DNA of 64,000 nt from Myxococcales bacterium (GTDB taxonomy: Bacteria; Myxococcota; B64-G9). The translations under genes and the position numbers were made by a program. Below are positions 1 to 11,162 of this stretch, in pieces. The stretch spans positions 2,154 through 66,153 of the forward strand of contig JAAZNF010000003.1 in NCBI GenBank assembly GCA_012798435.1, given 5' to 3'. Position 1 is the stretch's first letter. Each line of letters begins with the position of its first letter. The notes beneath the pieces were generated by a model. It ran no database searches, was not told where the DNA came from, and was given only the letters and a program-made list of their open reading frames with translations.

Positions 1-35
1 CGGTGTCATGGTGGGATTTCCGGAAGGTCAAACCC

Positions 36-1904
36 GTGGACTCGATCCCCCAGCAGATCTCGAAGTACCGCGTGATGGAAGAGGTCGGCCGGGGCGGCAT
101 GGCGGTGGTCTACCGGGGCTACGACCAGACCCTGGACCGCCAGGTCGCCATCAAGGTCCTGCACCCACACCTGGCCACGGACGCCGACAGCCGGGTGCGG
201 TTTCAGCGGGAGGCCCGCGCGGTGGCCCGCCTGCACCACCCCCACATCATCGAGATCTTCGACTTCGCCGACCGTGACGACGGGCCGAGCTACATCGTCA
301 CCGAGTTCATCGAGGGCGAGACGCTCAAGGCCTTCATCGAGCGGCACAGGCTGTACTTCCCCGAGATCGCGGTAATGATCGCCATCCAACTGTGCGAGGC
401 GGTAGACCACGCCCACAAGCTCCAGATCATCCACCGCGACTTAAAGCCCGAGAACGTCATGGTCGATCGCCTGGGCAGCCTCAAGCTGATGGACTTCGGC
501 ATCGCCAAGGTGCTCGATCACGAGCAGCAGATGACGCTCACCGGGAGCATCCTGGGGTCGCCGGCCCACATGGCTCCGGAACTCTTGGAGGGCAAGGAGC
601 TCGACTTTCGCTCCGATGTCTTTTCCATCGGCACCGTCCTGTACTGGCTGGCGACGGGGCAGCTCCCGTTCACCGGCAAGAACCCCCATCAGGTGCTGCG
701 CGCCATCCTCGAGGGTAGGTTCCCGGACCCGCGCCGGGTAAATCCCCAGGTCGGCGAGCCGCTGGCCGCGGTGATCACACGCGCGCTGGCTCACGACCCG
801 GCCGAACGCTACCCCTCGGCCTCGGCCATGCTGTCCAGCCTGCACGGGCTGCTGGCGGACCTCGAGATCTCCGACATCGATTCGGAGTTGAGATTTTTCT
901 TTTCAGAACCAGCTGATTACACCAACAAGCTAAAGCAAAAGGTTGAAGATCTATTGCTCCGCAGGGGCAGAGAACGATTGGCCCGCAAGAAGACGGCCCT
1001 GGCTCTCCAGGACTTCGACCGGCTGCTCGCGTTGCAGCCCGGTCACACCGAGGTCCTGGCGCTGGTCAATGGCATCCAGCGGGGCCAGCGCCGGCGAAAA
1101 CGCCTGGCCATCGGCGGCGCTTGTCTGATCGTATTCGGGATCTGGAAACTTGTGCCCGAACCGATGCCCGTCTCCCTCGACGCCGGAGCGCTCGAACCGG
1201 CGCCGCCGCCGGACGCGGGCAGTCCGTACGACGCAGGTGCCCAAGTCACCGAAGCAGACGGCGCGCAAGAAACCTCGGCCGCGGACGCCGGCGCCGAGCC
1301 GGGCACCGGAGGCGACCGGGTGAACGTCCCGGCGCCCGCCGACGCGCGGCGCGTGGTGGTGGCCCCGCGTGATCCCGGCCCGGCGGATCTTTCGTTGCCG
1401 CGCCAGCCGGTTCGCATCGTGAGCGAGCCCTACTTCGAGCGCATCCTTCTGAACGGCAAGCTCATGGCCAAGGCCGATCAGAGCAACGCCTTCGGGCAGA
1501 TCTTAGAAGCCTCGCTCCCGGTCGGCCGCCACACCCTGGTCATCCAGCGCCAGAGCTGCCAGGATGACGAGTTCGAGATCGTGGTTCCGAAGACCCCGCC
1601 GCCCGGCGGCCTGGAGTTCCGGCGCCAGCTCCGCTTCCTCCCCGCCTCGCTGGCAGTGGACTCCGAGGTGCCCGAGGCCGCGGTGTGGGTGGACGGGGTC
1701 TTCAAGGGAAAGGCGAAAGACAGCCTGCTCTCCCCCATCGTCATCACCCTGGAAGGCCGCCAGGGTCGCCGCACGGTCCGCGTCCGCCTGGAAGCCCCCG
1801 ATGGCCGCCGCCTGGAACGCGAGATGCAAGTCGAAGCCGGCGGAGCCTCGCGGCTTGTGGTACGCTCATCCGAGCTCGCGAGCCCCGGAGGGAAGACCCC
1901 ATGA
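36..1904 (+). CDS. Hanks-type Ser/Thr protein kinase with TM helix and C-terminal PEGA-like periplasmic domain
   Basis: Motifs GRGGMAVV, VAIKVL, HRDLKPEN, DFGIAK, MAPE and DVFSIG. TM helix (LAIGGACLIVFGIW), Pro/Ala/DAG-rich linker, and PEGA-like 'PEAAVWVDG'. Start placed at GTG 36 after GGAAGG; the frame is open from 3. Confidence 0.9.
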   Translation: MDSIPQQISKYRVMEEVGRGGMAVVYRGYDQTLDRQVAIKVLHPHLATDADSRVRFQREARAVARLHHPHIIEIFDFADRDDGPSYIVTEFIEGETLKAFIERHRLYFPEIAVMIAIQLCEAVDHAHKLQIIHRDLKPENVMVDRLGSLKLMDFGIAKVLDHEQQMTLTGSILGSPAHMAPELLEGKELDFRSDVFSIGTVLYWLATGQLPFTGKNPHQVLRAILEGRFPDPRRVNPQVGEPLAAVITRALAHDPAERYPSASAMLSSLHGLLADLEISDIDSELRFFFSEPADYTNKLKQKVEDLLLRRGRERLARKKTALALQDFDRLLALQPGHTEVLALVNGIQRGQRRRKRLAIGGACLIVFGIWKLVPEPMPVSLDAGALEPAPPPDAGSPYDAGAQVTEADGAQETSAADAGAEPGTGGDRVNVPAPADARRVVVAPRDPGPADLSLPRQPVRIVSEPYFERILLNGKLMAKADQSNAFGQILEASLPVGRHTLVIQRQSCQDDEFEIVVPKTPPPGGLEFRRQLRFLPASLAVDSEVPEAAVWVDGVFKGKAKDSLLSPIVITLEGRQGRRTVRVRLEAPDGRRLEREMQVEAGGASRLVVRSSELASPGGKTP

Positions 1905-2785
1905 GCCGCCGCCTGCGCCTTTCGAGCCTGTGCGCCGCCCTGCTGGGCGCCGCGATCGCCAGGGCGGAATCGCCGGCCGAGCGTTTCGGCGAGGCGCGAC
2001 TCGAGTTCGAGCACAAGAACTTCGACAACGCCGTCCGCCTGCTGCGGCCGCTGCTCTACCCGACGGTGACCCTGGATCGCGAGGACGACATCGTGCTGGC
2101 CCGCGAGATGCTGGGCCTGTCGCTCTTCTACCAGGGACGGGAGGCAGAGGCCGCGGACGAGTTCCGCCTTCTTTTGTACCTCAGGCCGCGTCACCGGCTG
2201 GATCCGTTCCTGGTGCCGCCGCCGGCGGTGCGCCTGTTCGACTCCGTGCGCGAGGAGCCCACCATGCGCGAGAAGCTCGACCAGCTCGAGCGGGAGCGCC
2301 TGGAGCGCGAGCGTCGGGAGGCCGAGCAGAAGGCCGCCCCGCCCCGGACGCTGCTGCGCCGCCAGGTCTACGAGAAGACCGACGTGCAACACCACCGCCT
2401 GCTGGCGTTCTTGCCCTTCGGTATCGGGCAGTTCCAGAACGGCCACTCGGTGAAGGGCGTGCTATTGCTGACCGGGCAAGGGCTGGCCATCGCCACCAAC
2501 GTGGTGAGCTACCTCCTGATGCGGGTGCTGGCCGACGAGAACGGCTACTACACCAGCGAGGAGGTGCCGGTGGCCCGCGGGCTACGCGTGAGTCTCTACA
2601 CGTCCCTGGGCGTGTTCGCCGCGCTGTGGCTGTACGGCGCCATCGACGCCAACTGGTACTTCACCCCGCGCACCGCCGGCCAGCCGGTGCTGATCCGCGA
2701 CGAGCAGGAACAGGCCGGCGGCGTGAGCCTGGTCCCCGGCGTCCTGCCCGGCGGCGGGGGGCTTACGCTCATGGGGCGCTTCTAG
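1901..2785 (+). CDS. Exported TPR-like protein with C-terminal hydrophobic/membrane segment
   Basis: ATGA overlap with the kinase stop. Signal peptide (LCAALLGAAIARA), TPR-like helices, coiled coil, hydrophobic helices and a terminal Phe (GLTLMGRF). Confidence 0.75.
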   Translation: MSRRLRLSSLCAALLGAAIARAESPAERFGEARLEFEHKNFDNAVRLLRPLLYPTVTLDREDDIVLAREMLGLSLFYQGREAEAADEFRLLLYLRPRHRLDPFLVPPPAVRLFDSVREEPTMREKLDQLERERLERERREAEQKAAPPRTLLRRQVYEKTDVQHHRLLAFLPFGIGQFQNGHSVKGVLLLTGQGLAIATNVVSYLLMRVLADENGYYTSEEVPVARGLRVSLYTSLGVFAALWLYGAIDANWYFTPRTAGQPVLIRDEQEQAGGVSLVPGVLPGGGGLTLMGRF

Positions 2786-2802
2786 CCCCGAGGAGGAGTC
2801 GC

Positions 2803-4623
<1,821 letters not shown>

Positions 4624-4721
4624 CGGCGGTGTCACACAAGGGCCCCTCACGGGCTGGGCCGGTCGCCGCGCCGCGAATAAATACCGCCGTGTTTTCAGGC
4701 AAATAGGAGACCCGTCCGCGT

Positions 4722-4736
4722 TGGCAACGTTTTTGC
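4722..4736 (+). promoter_or_regulatory. Putative sigma-54 (-24/-12) promoter
   Basis: TGGCAACGTTTTTGC with GG at 4723-24 and GC at 4735-36 (exact GG-N10-GC spacing), directly downstream of an EBP gene. Confidence 0.55.
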
Positions 4737-4747
4737 GAAATCCATCG

Positions 4748-5305
4748 ATGGCGAGAATGCTCGCGGCGGCTTGCATGCTGGGAGCGGCCATGTCCATGAC
4801 GGCCTCCTGTCTCATCGCCCCGGACATCAACGAAAAGCCCGAGGAGATCCTATACCCTCCGGAGATCGACACCACCTCGCTGTACCCCGCCTTCCCCCCG
4901 TTCTTTCGCCTGTCGAAGGACTGCCCCTCCGTGACCTTCAAGCCGACCAAGCTGCGCGACCGCAACCGCAAGGATACGTTGTACGTGCGCTGGTTCTTCG
5001 ACTGGGATCCGGACAATCGCTACGAGGCTTTGTCCACCTACACCGTCTCTCCCGGCGGCCAGGAGGAGCGGCCCTTCCCGGACAACGCGCGCAAGATCCT
5101 GTCCGCCAGCGAGTACCCGGCCACCGACTTGAGCGGGACGAGCCGGGTGCAGACGCTCTCCGTCTTCGTATTCGATCGTTCGCCCGACCAGTCTCCCGGG
5201 ACCAACGGCATCCAGTTCCCGGCGGGATCGGACGGGTTCTTCACCAGCTACACCTGGGTGTACCAGGTGACCCCCGATGGGGACTGCCCTCCGAGCCCAC
5301 CATGA
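4748..5305 (+). CDS. Hypothetical lipoprotein
   Basis: Signal peptide ending in lipobox-like MTASC. 'LYVRWFFD' core. ATGA overlap with the next gene. Confidence 0.7.
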   Translation: MARMLAAACMLGAAMSMTASCLIAPDINEKPEEILYPPEIDTTSLYPAFPPFFRLSKDCPSVTFKPTKLRDRNRKDTLYVRWFFDWDPDNRYEALSTYTVSPGGQEERPFPDNARKILSASEYPATDLSGTSRVQTLSVFVFDRSPDQSPGTNGIQFPAGSDGFFTSYTWVYQVTPDGDCPPSPP

Positions 5306-6990
5306 AGATGCGCCATTCTTCCATCGCGGTGGCCCTGTTGTTGGGATGCCTCGGCGCCAGCTCCTGCGCCATGGAGAGTGCGCGGAGCTGCATCGACAAC
5401 CTCGACTGCCCGCTCAACCAGCGCTGCGAGAGCTTTCGCTGCGTGAACTTCCCCAGCATCGTGCCGACCTCGGTGGTGGCCATCGAGATCCACCCCGGCG
5501 GGATCCCCGGCTCGGCCTTCACCCCCATCCCCGAGCTGGACCTCAAGGACCCCGAGGTGGACATCGACGAGCTGGAGATCGAGACCATGCCCGCCTCGCG
5601 CCTGCAGGGGACCATCGACTCGCCCTTCGCGCCCGGTGGTGTCCCCGGCAACCTGACCGCCTCGCGCGACCCCGCCATCGACAGTCGCAAGCTCAGCTTC
5701 AGCATCCCGGTGGACGACGCGGGGTACTTCGACTTCGAGGTGACACCGAGCGGCCCCGCCGAGGGGCCGGACCGCGAGCGCTACCGTTACCAGCTCGTCT
5801 TCTCGCCAGTGAACCGCGCGGACCTGCCCCAGCTCGGCCGCCAGGACTTCCCGATCACCTCCGGCGCCACCGCCCAGCCCGACTTCAAGTACCCTGTTTA
5901 CCCCGCGCCGGAGAACATCGAGAGCCAGACCCGCCTCCTCTTGCTGCGCGGCAAGTTGTTGCAGAGCCCCGCCTACCCCCACCCTCCCACGGGTTACCGG
6001 GTGGAGGGGATCACCGCGGAGGGCCTGCGCACCAACCTGGTCGGGCTCGACGCCGAGGGGCGTTTCTGGTTGCGGTTGCCCGTGCTGCGCAGCAGCGCGA
6101 GCCCCTGCGACGGTGAGCGCTGCTTCATCTTTCCCACGCACCTTGCGCTGGTGATCCGTCCCGAGTCCAGCGAGGCTCGCCTGCCGACCATCCGCGTGCC
6201 GGACGTCTCCATCGACTCGTACGATCTCGGTACCTTCTTCATCGGCGAGTTGCCGGCGAGCCGCGCCCTCTCCGGAACGGTGACCGCCGCCGACGGCTCC
6301 CGGCTGGCCGAGGCCTGGCTGTTCTTCACCGCCGACCGGCTCGGCAACGGGAGTTTCACCTATTCGGTACAGACCGATTCCGCCGGCACCTTCGCCACTA
6401 CGCTGCCCGCGGGCGGCTACCGGGTGCTGCTGGTGCCGCCCGATACCGCCCCAGCGCGCATGGAGGCCTTCCGACTGGAGCTGTGGGAGGACTTCAACGA
6501 CTGGCAGCTTTCGCTGCCGCCGCGCCTGGCGCTGAGCGGCACCGTGCGGGACTTCCAGAAGAACGCGGTGCCGGAGGTGACGGTGTGGGCCACGCGAATG
6601 ACCGACCTGGACGGCAACGACGATGGGGTGGTGCGCCGCTGGGAGACCCAGACCGACGGGCTGGGCAGGTTCACCCTGGCGCTCGACGCCGGCCGCTACA
6701 ACCTCGAGTTCGTACCGCCGGCCGTATCCCGCCTACCCCGGGAGCAGAAGACCGGTTTCGCGGTCTCCAACGATACCTTGGACTTCTTGGACGTCGAGCT
6801 GCCGCCGCCAGCGTTCCTGCAGGGTCACGTCTTCGACAGCCGGGGCCAACCGCTGTGCGGGGCGACCCTCAGCATCTTCAAGGCCGACCCCGACCGGGCC
6901 TTCCTCATCGGCGAGACCATCTCCGGCGGCTCGAGCACCTGCACCGGCGCCTTCACCGTGATCATCCCCGGAATCCTGGTGGCGCCGTGA
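5302..6990 (+). CDS. Lipoprotein with N-terminal Cys module and carboxypeptidase-regulatory-like beta-sandwich repeats
   Basis: Lipobox-like GASSC and Cys module CIDNLDCPLNQRCESFRC. Repeated LSGTV...TD..G.F...L..G.Y motifs. Confidence 0.75.
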   Translation: MKMRHSSIAVALLLGCLGASSCAMESARSCIDNLDCPLNQRCESFRCVNFPSIVPTSVVAIEIHPGGIPGSAFTPIPELDLKDPEVDIDELEIETMPASRLQGTIDSPFAPGGVPGNLTASRDPAIDSRKLSFSIPVDDAGYFDFEVTPSGPAEGPDRERYRYQLVFSPVNRADLPQLGRQDFPITSGATAQPDFKYPVYPAPENIESQTRLLLLRGKLLQSPAYPHPPTGYRVEGITAEGLRTNLVGLDAEGRFWLRLPVLRSSASPCDGERCFIFPTHLALVIRPESSEARLPTIRVPDVSIDSYDLGTFFIGELPASRALSGTVTAADGSRLAEAWLFFTADRLGNGSFTYSVQTDSAGTFATTLPAGGYRVLLVPPDTAPARMEAFRLELWEDFNDWQLSLPPRLALSGTVRDFQKNAVPEVTVWATRMTDLDGNDDGVVRRWETQTDGLGRFTLALDAGRYNLEFVPPAVSRLPREQKTGFAVSNDTLDFLDVELPPPAFLQGHVFDSRGQPLCGATLSIFKADPDRAFLIGETISGGSSTCTGAFTVIIPGILVAP

Positions 6991-7032
6991 GCTCAGGGCC
7001 TGTCTGATACCTTTTCCAAACCATCGCCTGCC

Positions 7033-7061
7033 TTGACACTCCCATACTCGTCCCCTAGCAT
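7033..7061 (+). promoter_or_regulatory. Putative sigma-70 promoter
   Basis: TTGACA-17 nt-TAGCAT upstream of ATG 7084. Confidence 0.55.
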
Positions 7062-7083
7062 AATCCTGGATCGAGGTGTAGTC

Positions 7084-7758
7084 ATGCGAGCGATGTGTGC
7101 GGGACTCGTACTGGTGATGGCTGTCGTATGGTGCGCGCCGACATACGCTGCCGATCCTGCCCGAAAGAAGGAAGCGAAGACCCACTTCAGCCAGGGAGAA
7201 AAGTTCTACCGCCTGGGGAAGTTCCAGGAGGCCCTCTCGGAATACTCCAAGGCGTACGAGATCCTGCCATTGCCGGGGTTCCTGTTCAACATCGGTCAGT
7301 GCCACCGGATGCTCGACGACCACGAGCGGGCGGTGTTCTTCTTCAAGGGGTACCTGCGCGAGCAACCCCGGGCCAAGAATCGCAAGCAGGTCGAAGCGCT
7401 CATCGCCGAGTGCGAAAGAAAGCTTGCCGAGGGAAAGAAGGCCGAGGAGGCGCGCCTGGCCGAGGAGCGGCGCGCCGCCGAGGAGGCGAGGCAGCGCGAG
7501 GAGGAGCAGAAGAAGGCCGAGCAAGCCCTGGCGCTGGAACGGCTGCGGCTCGAGGCGGCCAGGACCGCCGCTCCCCCTCCTCCTCCCGTCCCATCCCTGC
7601 CGGCGCCGGAGGCAGGCGAGCCCTTCTACAAGAAATGGTGGTTCTGGACCATCGCCGGCGCGATCATCGCCGGGGCCGCGGCCGGAACCTATTTCGCGGT
7701 TCGACCCGCCCCTTCGCCGGTCAACCCCTCGGGCAGTCTGGGCACCGTGGTGTGGTGA
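7084..7758 (+). CDS. Exported TPR protein with C-terminal membrane anchor
   Basis: Signal peptide, TPR motifs (AKTHFSQGEKFY...LFNIGQCHR), coiled coil, and 'PFYKKWWFW' plus TM helix, as in myxobacterial TPR proteins. Confidence 0.85.
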   Translation: MRAMCAGLVLVMAVVWCAPTYAADPARKKEAKTHFSQGEKFYRLGKFQEALSEYSKAYEILPLPGFLFNIGQCHRMLDDHERAVFFFKGYLREQPRAKNRKQVEALIAECERKLAEGKKAEEARLAEERRAAEEARQREEEQKKAEQALALERLRLEAARTAAPPPPPVPSLPAPEAGEPFYKKWWFWTIAGAIIAGAAAGTYFAVRPAPSPVNPSGSLGTVVW

Positions 7759-7761
7759 ACC

Positions 7762-10700
7762 ATGAGAACCGCAAAGAAGTCCTTCAAGGGGCGACTGGCC
7801 CTGACCATCCTGGCAGGCCTCCTCGCCGCTGCCTGTCAAGACGCTCCCGTACGCGATGACGTGGTCGGCCTGCAAGTGGAGGTCACCTACGCCGCCGGGC
7901 TGTCTCTCGATCGGCTTCGCTTTTTGGTGATCCACGACCGCGCCGCCTACCGCGATCCTGTGGAACGGCCCGATCCGCCCCGGCCGCTGTCCAGCACGGG
8001 CGAACAACTCGTGTTCGTGTTCCCGGACGAGATGGCCGGCCAGGATGTCACGGTGCGGGTGGATGGGCTGGCGTCGGACGCGCTCAAGGCCTCGGGCGCG
8101 GGTTCGACCCGGCTTCAGGCGAATCGACTCGTCGTCCTCAAGGTATCCCTCGGCGATCCGGCGCGGTGCGGCGATCAGGCCCTGGCAGCTACCCTCGAGG
8201 AGTGCGATGACGGAGACGCCGAGCCGGGCGACGGCTGCTCGGCGCTGTGCCTGGTAGAGGAGGGCTGGCACTGCGACCAGGGCTCTCCGACGACGTGTTT
8301 CCACTGCGGCGACGGGAATTGCGACGCGGGCGAGGACCTGTGCAACTGCCCCGGCGAGTGCAACACCACCGTGTGCGGCGACGGCTCTTGCTGCCTGCGC
8401 GGCGGCGAGAACGCCTGCTCCTGCCCTCAGGATTGCCAGGAGGGACTGTGCGGCGACGGCCTGTGCTGCGTGAGCGCGGGCGAGAACACCTGCGATTGCC
8501 AGCTCGATTGCGGCATGGAAGTTTGTGGCAACGGCATGTGCTGCTCGAAATCGAACGAAACCGCCACGAGCTGCCGCGGCGACTGCGCCTTCGGCTGCGG
8601 CGACGGTGCCTGCCTCGACGCCGAGAACACCTGCTCCTGCCCGGGCGACTGCGGCGCGGGGGAGTGCGGCGACGGCATCTGCTGCACAGAAAACCAGGAG
8701 GATCGCTGTACCTGCCCCGACGATTGCGGCCAGGGTTCGTGCGGCGACGGGGTGTGTTGCACCGCCACCGGCGAGAACCCCTGCTCCTGTTCCAAAGACT
8801 GCGGCGCCAGTGCCTGCCCCGACGGCACCTGCTGTGCCGAAGGGGCGGAGAACCGCTGCACCTGTCCCGCCGATTGCGGCGCCGGAGATTGCGGCGATAG
8901 CATCTGCTGCGCCATCGCCGGCGAGAACGAGGCGAACTGCGCGCCGGACTGTAAGGCCGTGTGCCCCGATGGCCACTGCACCACGGGCGAGGATCTGTGC
9001 TCCTGCCCGCAGGATTGCCTGGCCGCCTCCTGCGGCGACGGCTCGTGCTGCGCCGCCGCCGGCGAGAACCCCTGCTCTTGCTCCCACGACTGCGGCGTGA
9101 GCAGTTGTGGGGACGGCGTGTGCTGCACCGCCCTCGGCGAGGATCGCTGCGCCTGCCCCCAGGACTGCGGCGCCGGGAGCTGCGGCGACGGTGTCTGTTG
9201 CGCCGCCGACGACGAAAACCGCTGCACCTGCGAGACCGACTGCGGCGGCGGTAGCTGCGGCGACGGCGTGTGCTGCGCGCGGACCGGTGAAAACCCCTGC
9301 GGCTGTCCGGGCGACTGCGGCGCGCCATCCTGCGGCGACCAGGACTGCTGTCCCCAGGCCAATGAAAACGTGTGTAGCTGCCCTGCCGACTGTCCCGGCA
9401 CCAGCACCTGCGGCGACGGGGTGTGCTGCGCCGCCACAGGCGAGAACAAGTGCACTTGCCCTGGCGATTGCCCGGGCGGCGACTGCGGCGACGGCCTGTG
9501 CTGCCGCATTCGCGGAGAAGACGTCTGCACATGCCCTCGCGACTGCGGTGAAGGGACCTGCGGCGACCGGGTGTGCTGTGCGCCGGTCGGCGAAGACGGC
9601 ACGAGCTGTCCGCAGGACTGCGGTTGCGGCAACGGCAGCTGCGATGCGGGAGAGGACGTGTGCAACTGCGCCCAGGATTGCAGCGGCGCAACGTGTGGGG
9701 ACAACCGGTGCTGCAGCGCCGGGAGCGAAAACCCCTGCGCCTGCCCGGCCGACTGCGGCACCAGCCTGTGCGGCGATGGCGTGTGCTGCGAGGCTACGAG
9801 CGAGAATCCGTGCACTTGCCCCGGCGACTGTCCCGGGGCACGCTGCGGCGATGGCACCTGCTGCGCCGCCACCAGCGAGGACGCCTGCAACTGCCCCGTC
9901 GACTGCCCCGGCGGGAGCTGCGGTGACGGCACCTGCTGCGTAGCCACCGGCGAGAACACCTGCACCTGCCCCGGCGACTGCCCCGGTGGGCGCTGTGGCG
10001 ACGGGATCTGCTGCGCCACTGCGAACGAGGATCCGACGAGCTGTCCCGATGATTGCGGCGCCTGTCCCAATACGGCAAGCGGTTTCTGGCTCTCCACCAG
10101 CGCTGACGTCTCCGGCTCCGGCATCGGCGGGCTCCCCTCCTGGAACGCCGGCGACGCGCTCGTGCTCGGTGATCCGAATCTCGCCCTCGAACCCGGCGGC
10201 AGCGCGGGCACGCTGTCGCGGGCCTTCCAGCTCTCTTCCTTCGCCGCCGACGGCAGCGCCAACATCGACGGCCTGCACCGGGTCGGACGCGATCTCACCC
10301 TGGGCACGAGCGGCGCCACGGTGGAGGTGAAGGCCGGTGACCTTTTGCTCTCGACCCAGGATGCCGAGACGCTGGGCGGGATCGCGGTGAATTTCAACGA
10401 CGTGGTGCGCTTCCACCCTGCCGCGCCCGGCGATTACACCACCGGTGATTTCACCGTTCTCTTCGATGGCGCGGCCCTGGTGATTTCACCGACCAGCAAC
10501 AACCTCACGGCGTTTACCCTGGTCGAGCGAGAGGTGACGCTGCCGGACATCACCCTGCCGGCCGGTACCCTGCTCTTCTCACAGAACGGTCCCGTGCCAC
10601 GAAAGAACCTCTACATGTACATCCCGACGTCGCTGGGGCCCGGCACGACCCAGGGCAGCCGCACCGTCCTGCTCAACATGATTCCGCTTGGAATACCCTC

Positions 10701-10971
10701 CTCGAACCCGCTCTCCGGCCTCGACATCCTCGAGGAGTGCGTGGTCATCGGCGACGAGATCCTGCCGGCGGGCCGTTTGCTTGTGAGCGTCCCGGTTTCC
10801 GGGCGTCTTTCGGGCATGAGCGAGGACGTACTGCCGCATGACGTCGCGGAGATCATGCTCACCGCCACGGGGACTGCGGCCTCGGGCACGGCGCGCCTTC
10901 TGCTGCGCGGCGCCGACCTCGGCCTCGACAACCCCGCCGAGAGCCTCGACGCCCTGAGCATCCAGCCCTGA
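7762..10971 (+). CDS. Giant cysteine-rich surface lipoprotein (myxobacterial Cys-rich repeat, 24 CGDG repeats, C-terminal globular domain)
   Basis: Lipobox LAAAC and a DUF4215-like 'EECDDGDAEPGDGCSALC'. 24 tandem CGDGxC(C)xxxxE(N/D)x(C)xCPxDC units, then a ~300-aa Cys-poor C-terminal domain. Confidence 0.88.
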   Translation: MRTAKKSFKGRLALTILAGLLAAACQDAPVRDDVVGLQVEVTYAAGLSLDRLRFLVIHDRAAYRDPVERPDPPRPLSSTGEQLVFVFPDEMAGQDVTVRVDGLASDALKASGAGSTRLQANRLVVLKVSLGDPARCGDQALAATLEECDDGDAEPGDGCSALCLVEEGWHCDQGSPTTCFHCGDGNCDAGEDLCNCPGECNTTVCGDGSCCLRGGENACSCPQDCQEGLCGDGLCCVSAGENTCDCQLDCGMEVCGNGMCCSKSNETATSCRGDCAFGCGDGACLDAENTCSCPGDCGAGECGDGICCTENQEDRCTCPDDCGQGSCGDGVCCTATGENPCSCSKDCGASACPDGTCCAEGAENRCTCPADCGAGDCGDSICCAIAGENEANCAPDCKAVCPDGHCTTGEDLCSCPQDCLAASCGDGSCCAAAGENPCSCSHDCGVSSCGDGVCCTALGEDRCACPQDCGAGSCGDGVCCAADDENRCTCETDCGGGSCGDGVCCARTGENPCGCPGDCGAPSCGDQDCCPQANENVCSCPADCPGTSTCGDGVCCAATGENKCTCPGDCPGGDCGDGLCCRIRGEDVCTCPRDCGEGTCGDRVCCAPVGEDGTSCPQDCGCGNGSCDAGEDVCNCAQDCSGATCGDNRCCSAGSENPCACPADCGTSLCGDGVCCEATSENPCTCPGDCPGARCGDGTCCAATSEDACNCPVDCPGGSCGDGTCCVATGENTCTCPGDCPGGRCGDGICCATANEDPTSCPDDCGACPNTASGFWLSTSADVSGSGIGGLPSWNAGDALVLGDPNLALEPGGSAGTLSRAFQLSSFAADGSANIDGLHRVGRDLTLGTSGATVEVKAGDLLLSTQDAETLGGIAVNFNDVVRFHPAAPGDYTTGDFTVLFDGAALVISPTSNNLTAFTLVEREVTLPDITLPAGTLLFSQNGPVPRKNLYMYIPTSLGPGTTQGSRTVLLNMIPLGIPSSNPLSGLDILEECVVIGDEILPAGRLLVSVPVSGRLSGMSEDVLPHDVAEIMLTATGTAASGTARLLLRGADLGLDNPAESLDALSIQP
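8305..10056 (+). repeat. 24 tandem ~25-aa (about 75-bp) Cys-rich coding repeats
   Basis: Counted directly in the translation. The DNA shows recurring TGCGGCGACGG...GACTGC. Confidence 0.9.
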
Positions 10972-10992
10972 GTTTCCCAATACCTTCAGCAA

Positions 10993-11020
10993 GGGGGCTT
11001 GCCCCCGCTATTTTCTCTTG
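10993..11020 (+). terminator. Possible intrinsic terminator
   Basis: GGGGGC-TT-GCCCCC hairpin followed by a T-rich tract, about 20 nt after the stop at 10971. Confidence 0.4.
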
Positions 11021-11089
11021 TTCTCCACCTTTGATTTTTCCCCTTTATTATTAGCGCCTTTTCGGAGCTCTTTTCCTCGAGGGTTCCCA

Positions 11090-11162
11090 GGGTTCAAGGG
11101 GCGCAGCCCCTTACAATGTTCTCTTGAGTTTTCTTGCACGGGGGCGCTGCCCCCGTGAACCC
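11090..11162. repeat. Inverted pair of REP-like palindromes in an AT-rich intergenic region
   Basis: GGGTTC-AAGGGGC-GCA-GCCCCTT-ACAA (11090-11116) and its inverted relative TTG-CACGGGGGC-GCT-GCCCCCGTG-AACCC (11134-11162). Confidence 0.6.

Noticed and set aside
1564-2802. N-terminal 413-aa extension of the EBP ORF
   Set aside because: It overlaps two real genes and is Arg/Pro-rich shadow sequence. A strong RBS and GTG at 2803 mark the true start.
8305-10056. Regular ~75-bp periodicity resembling a CRISPR array
   Set aside because: The repeats are degenerate at third codon positions, lie in frame within a lipoprotein ORF, and no cas genes are present.
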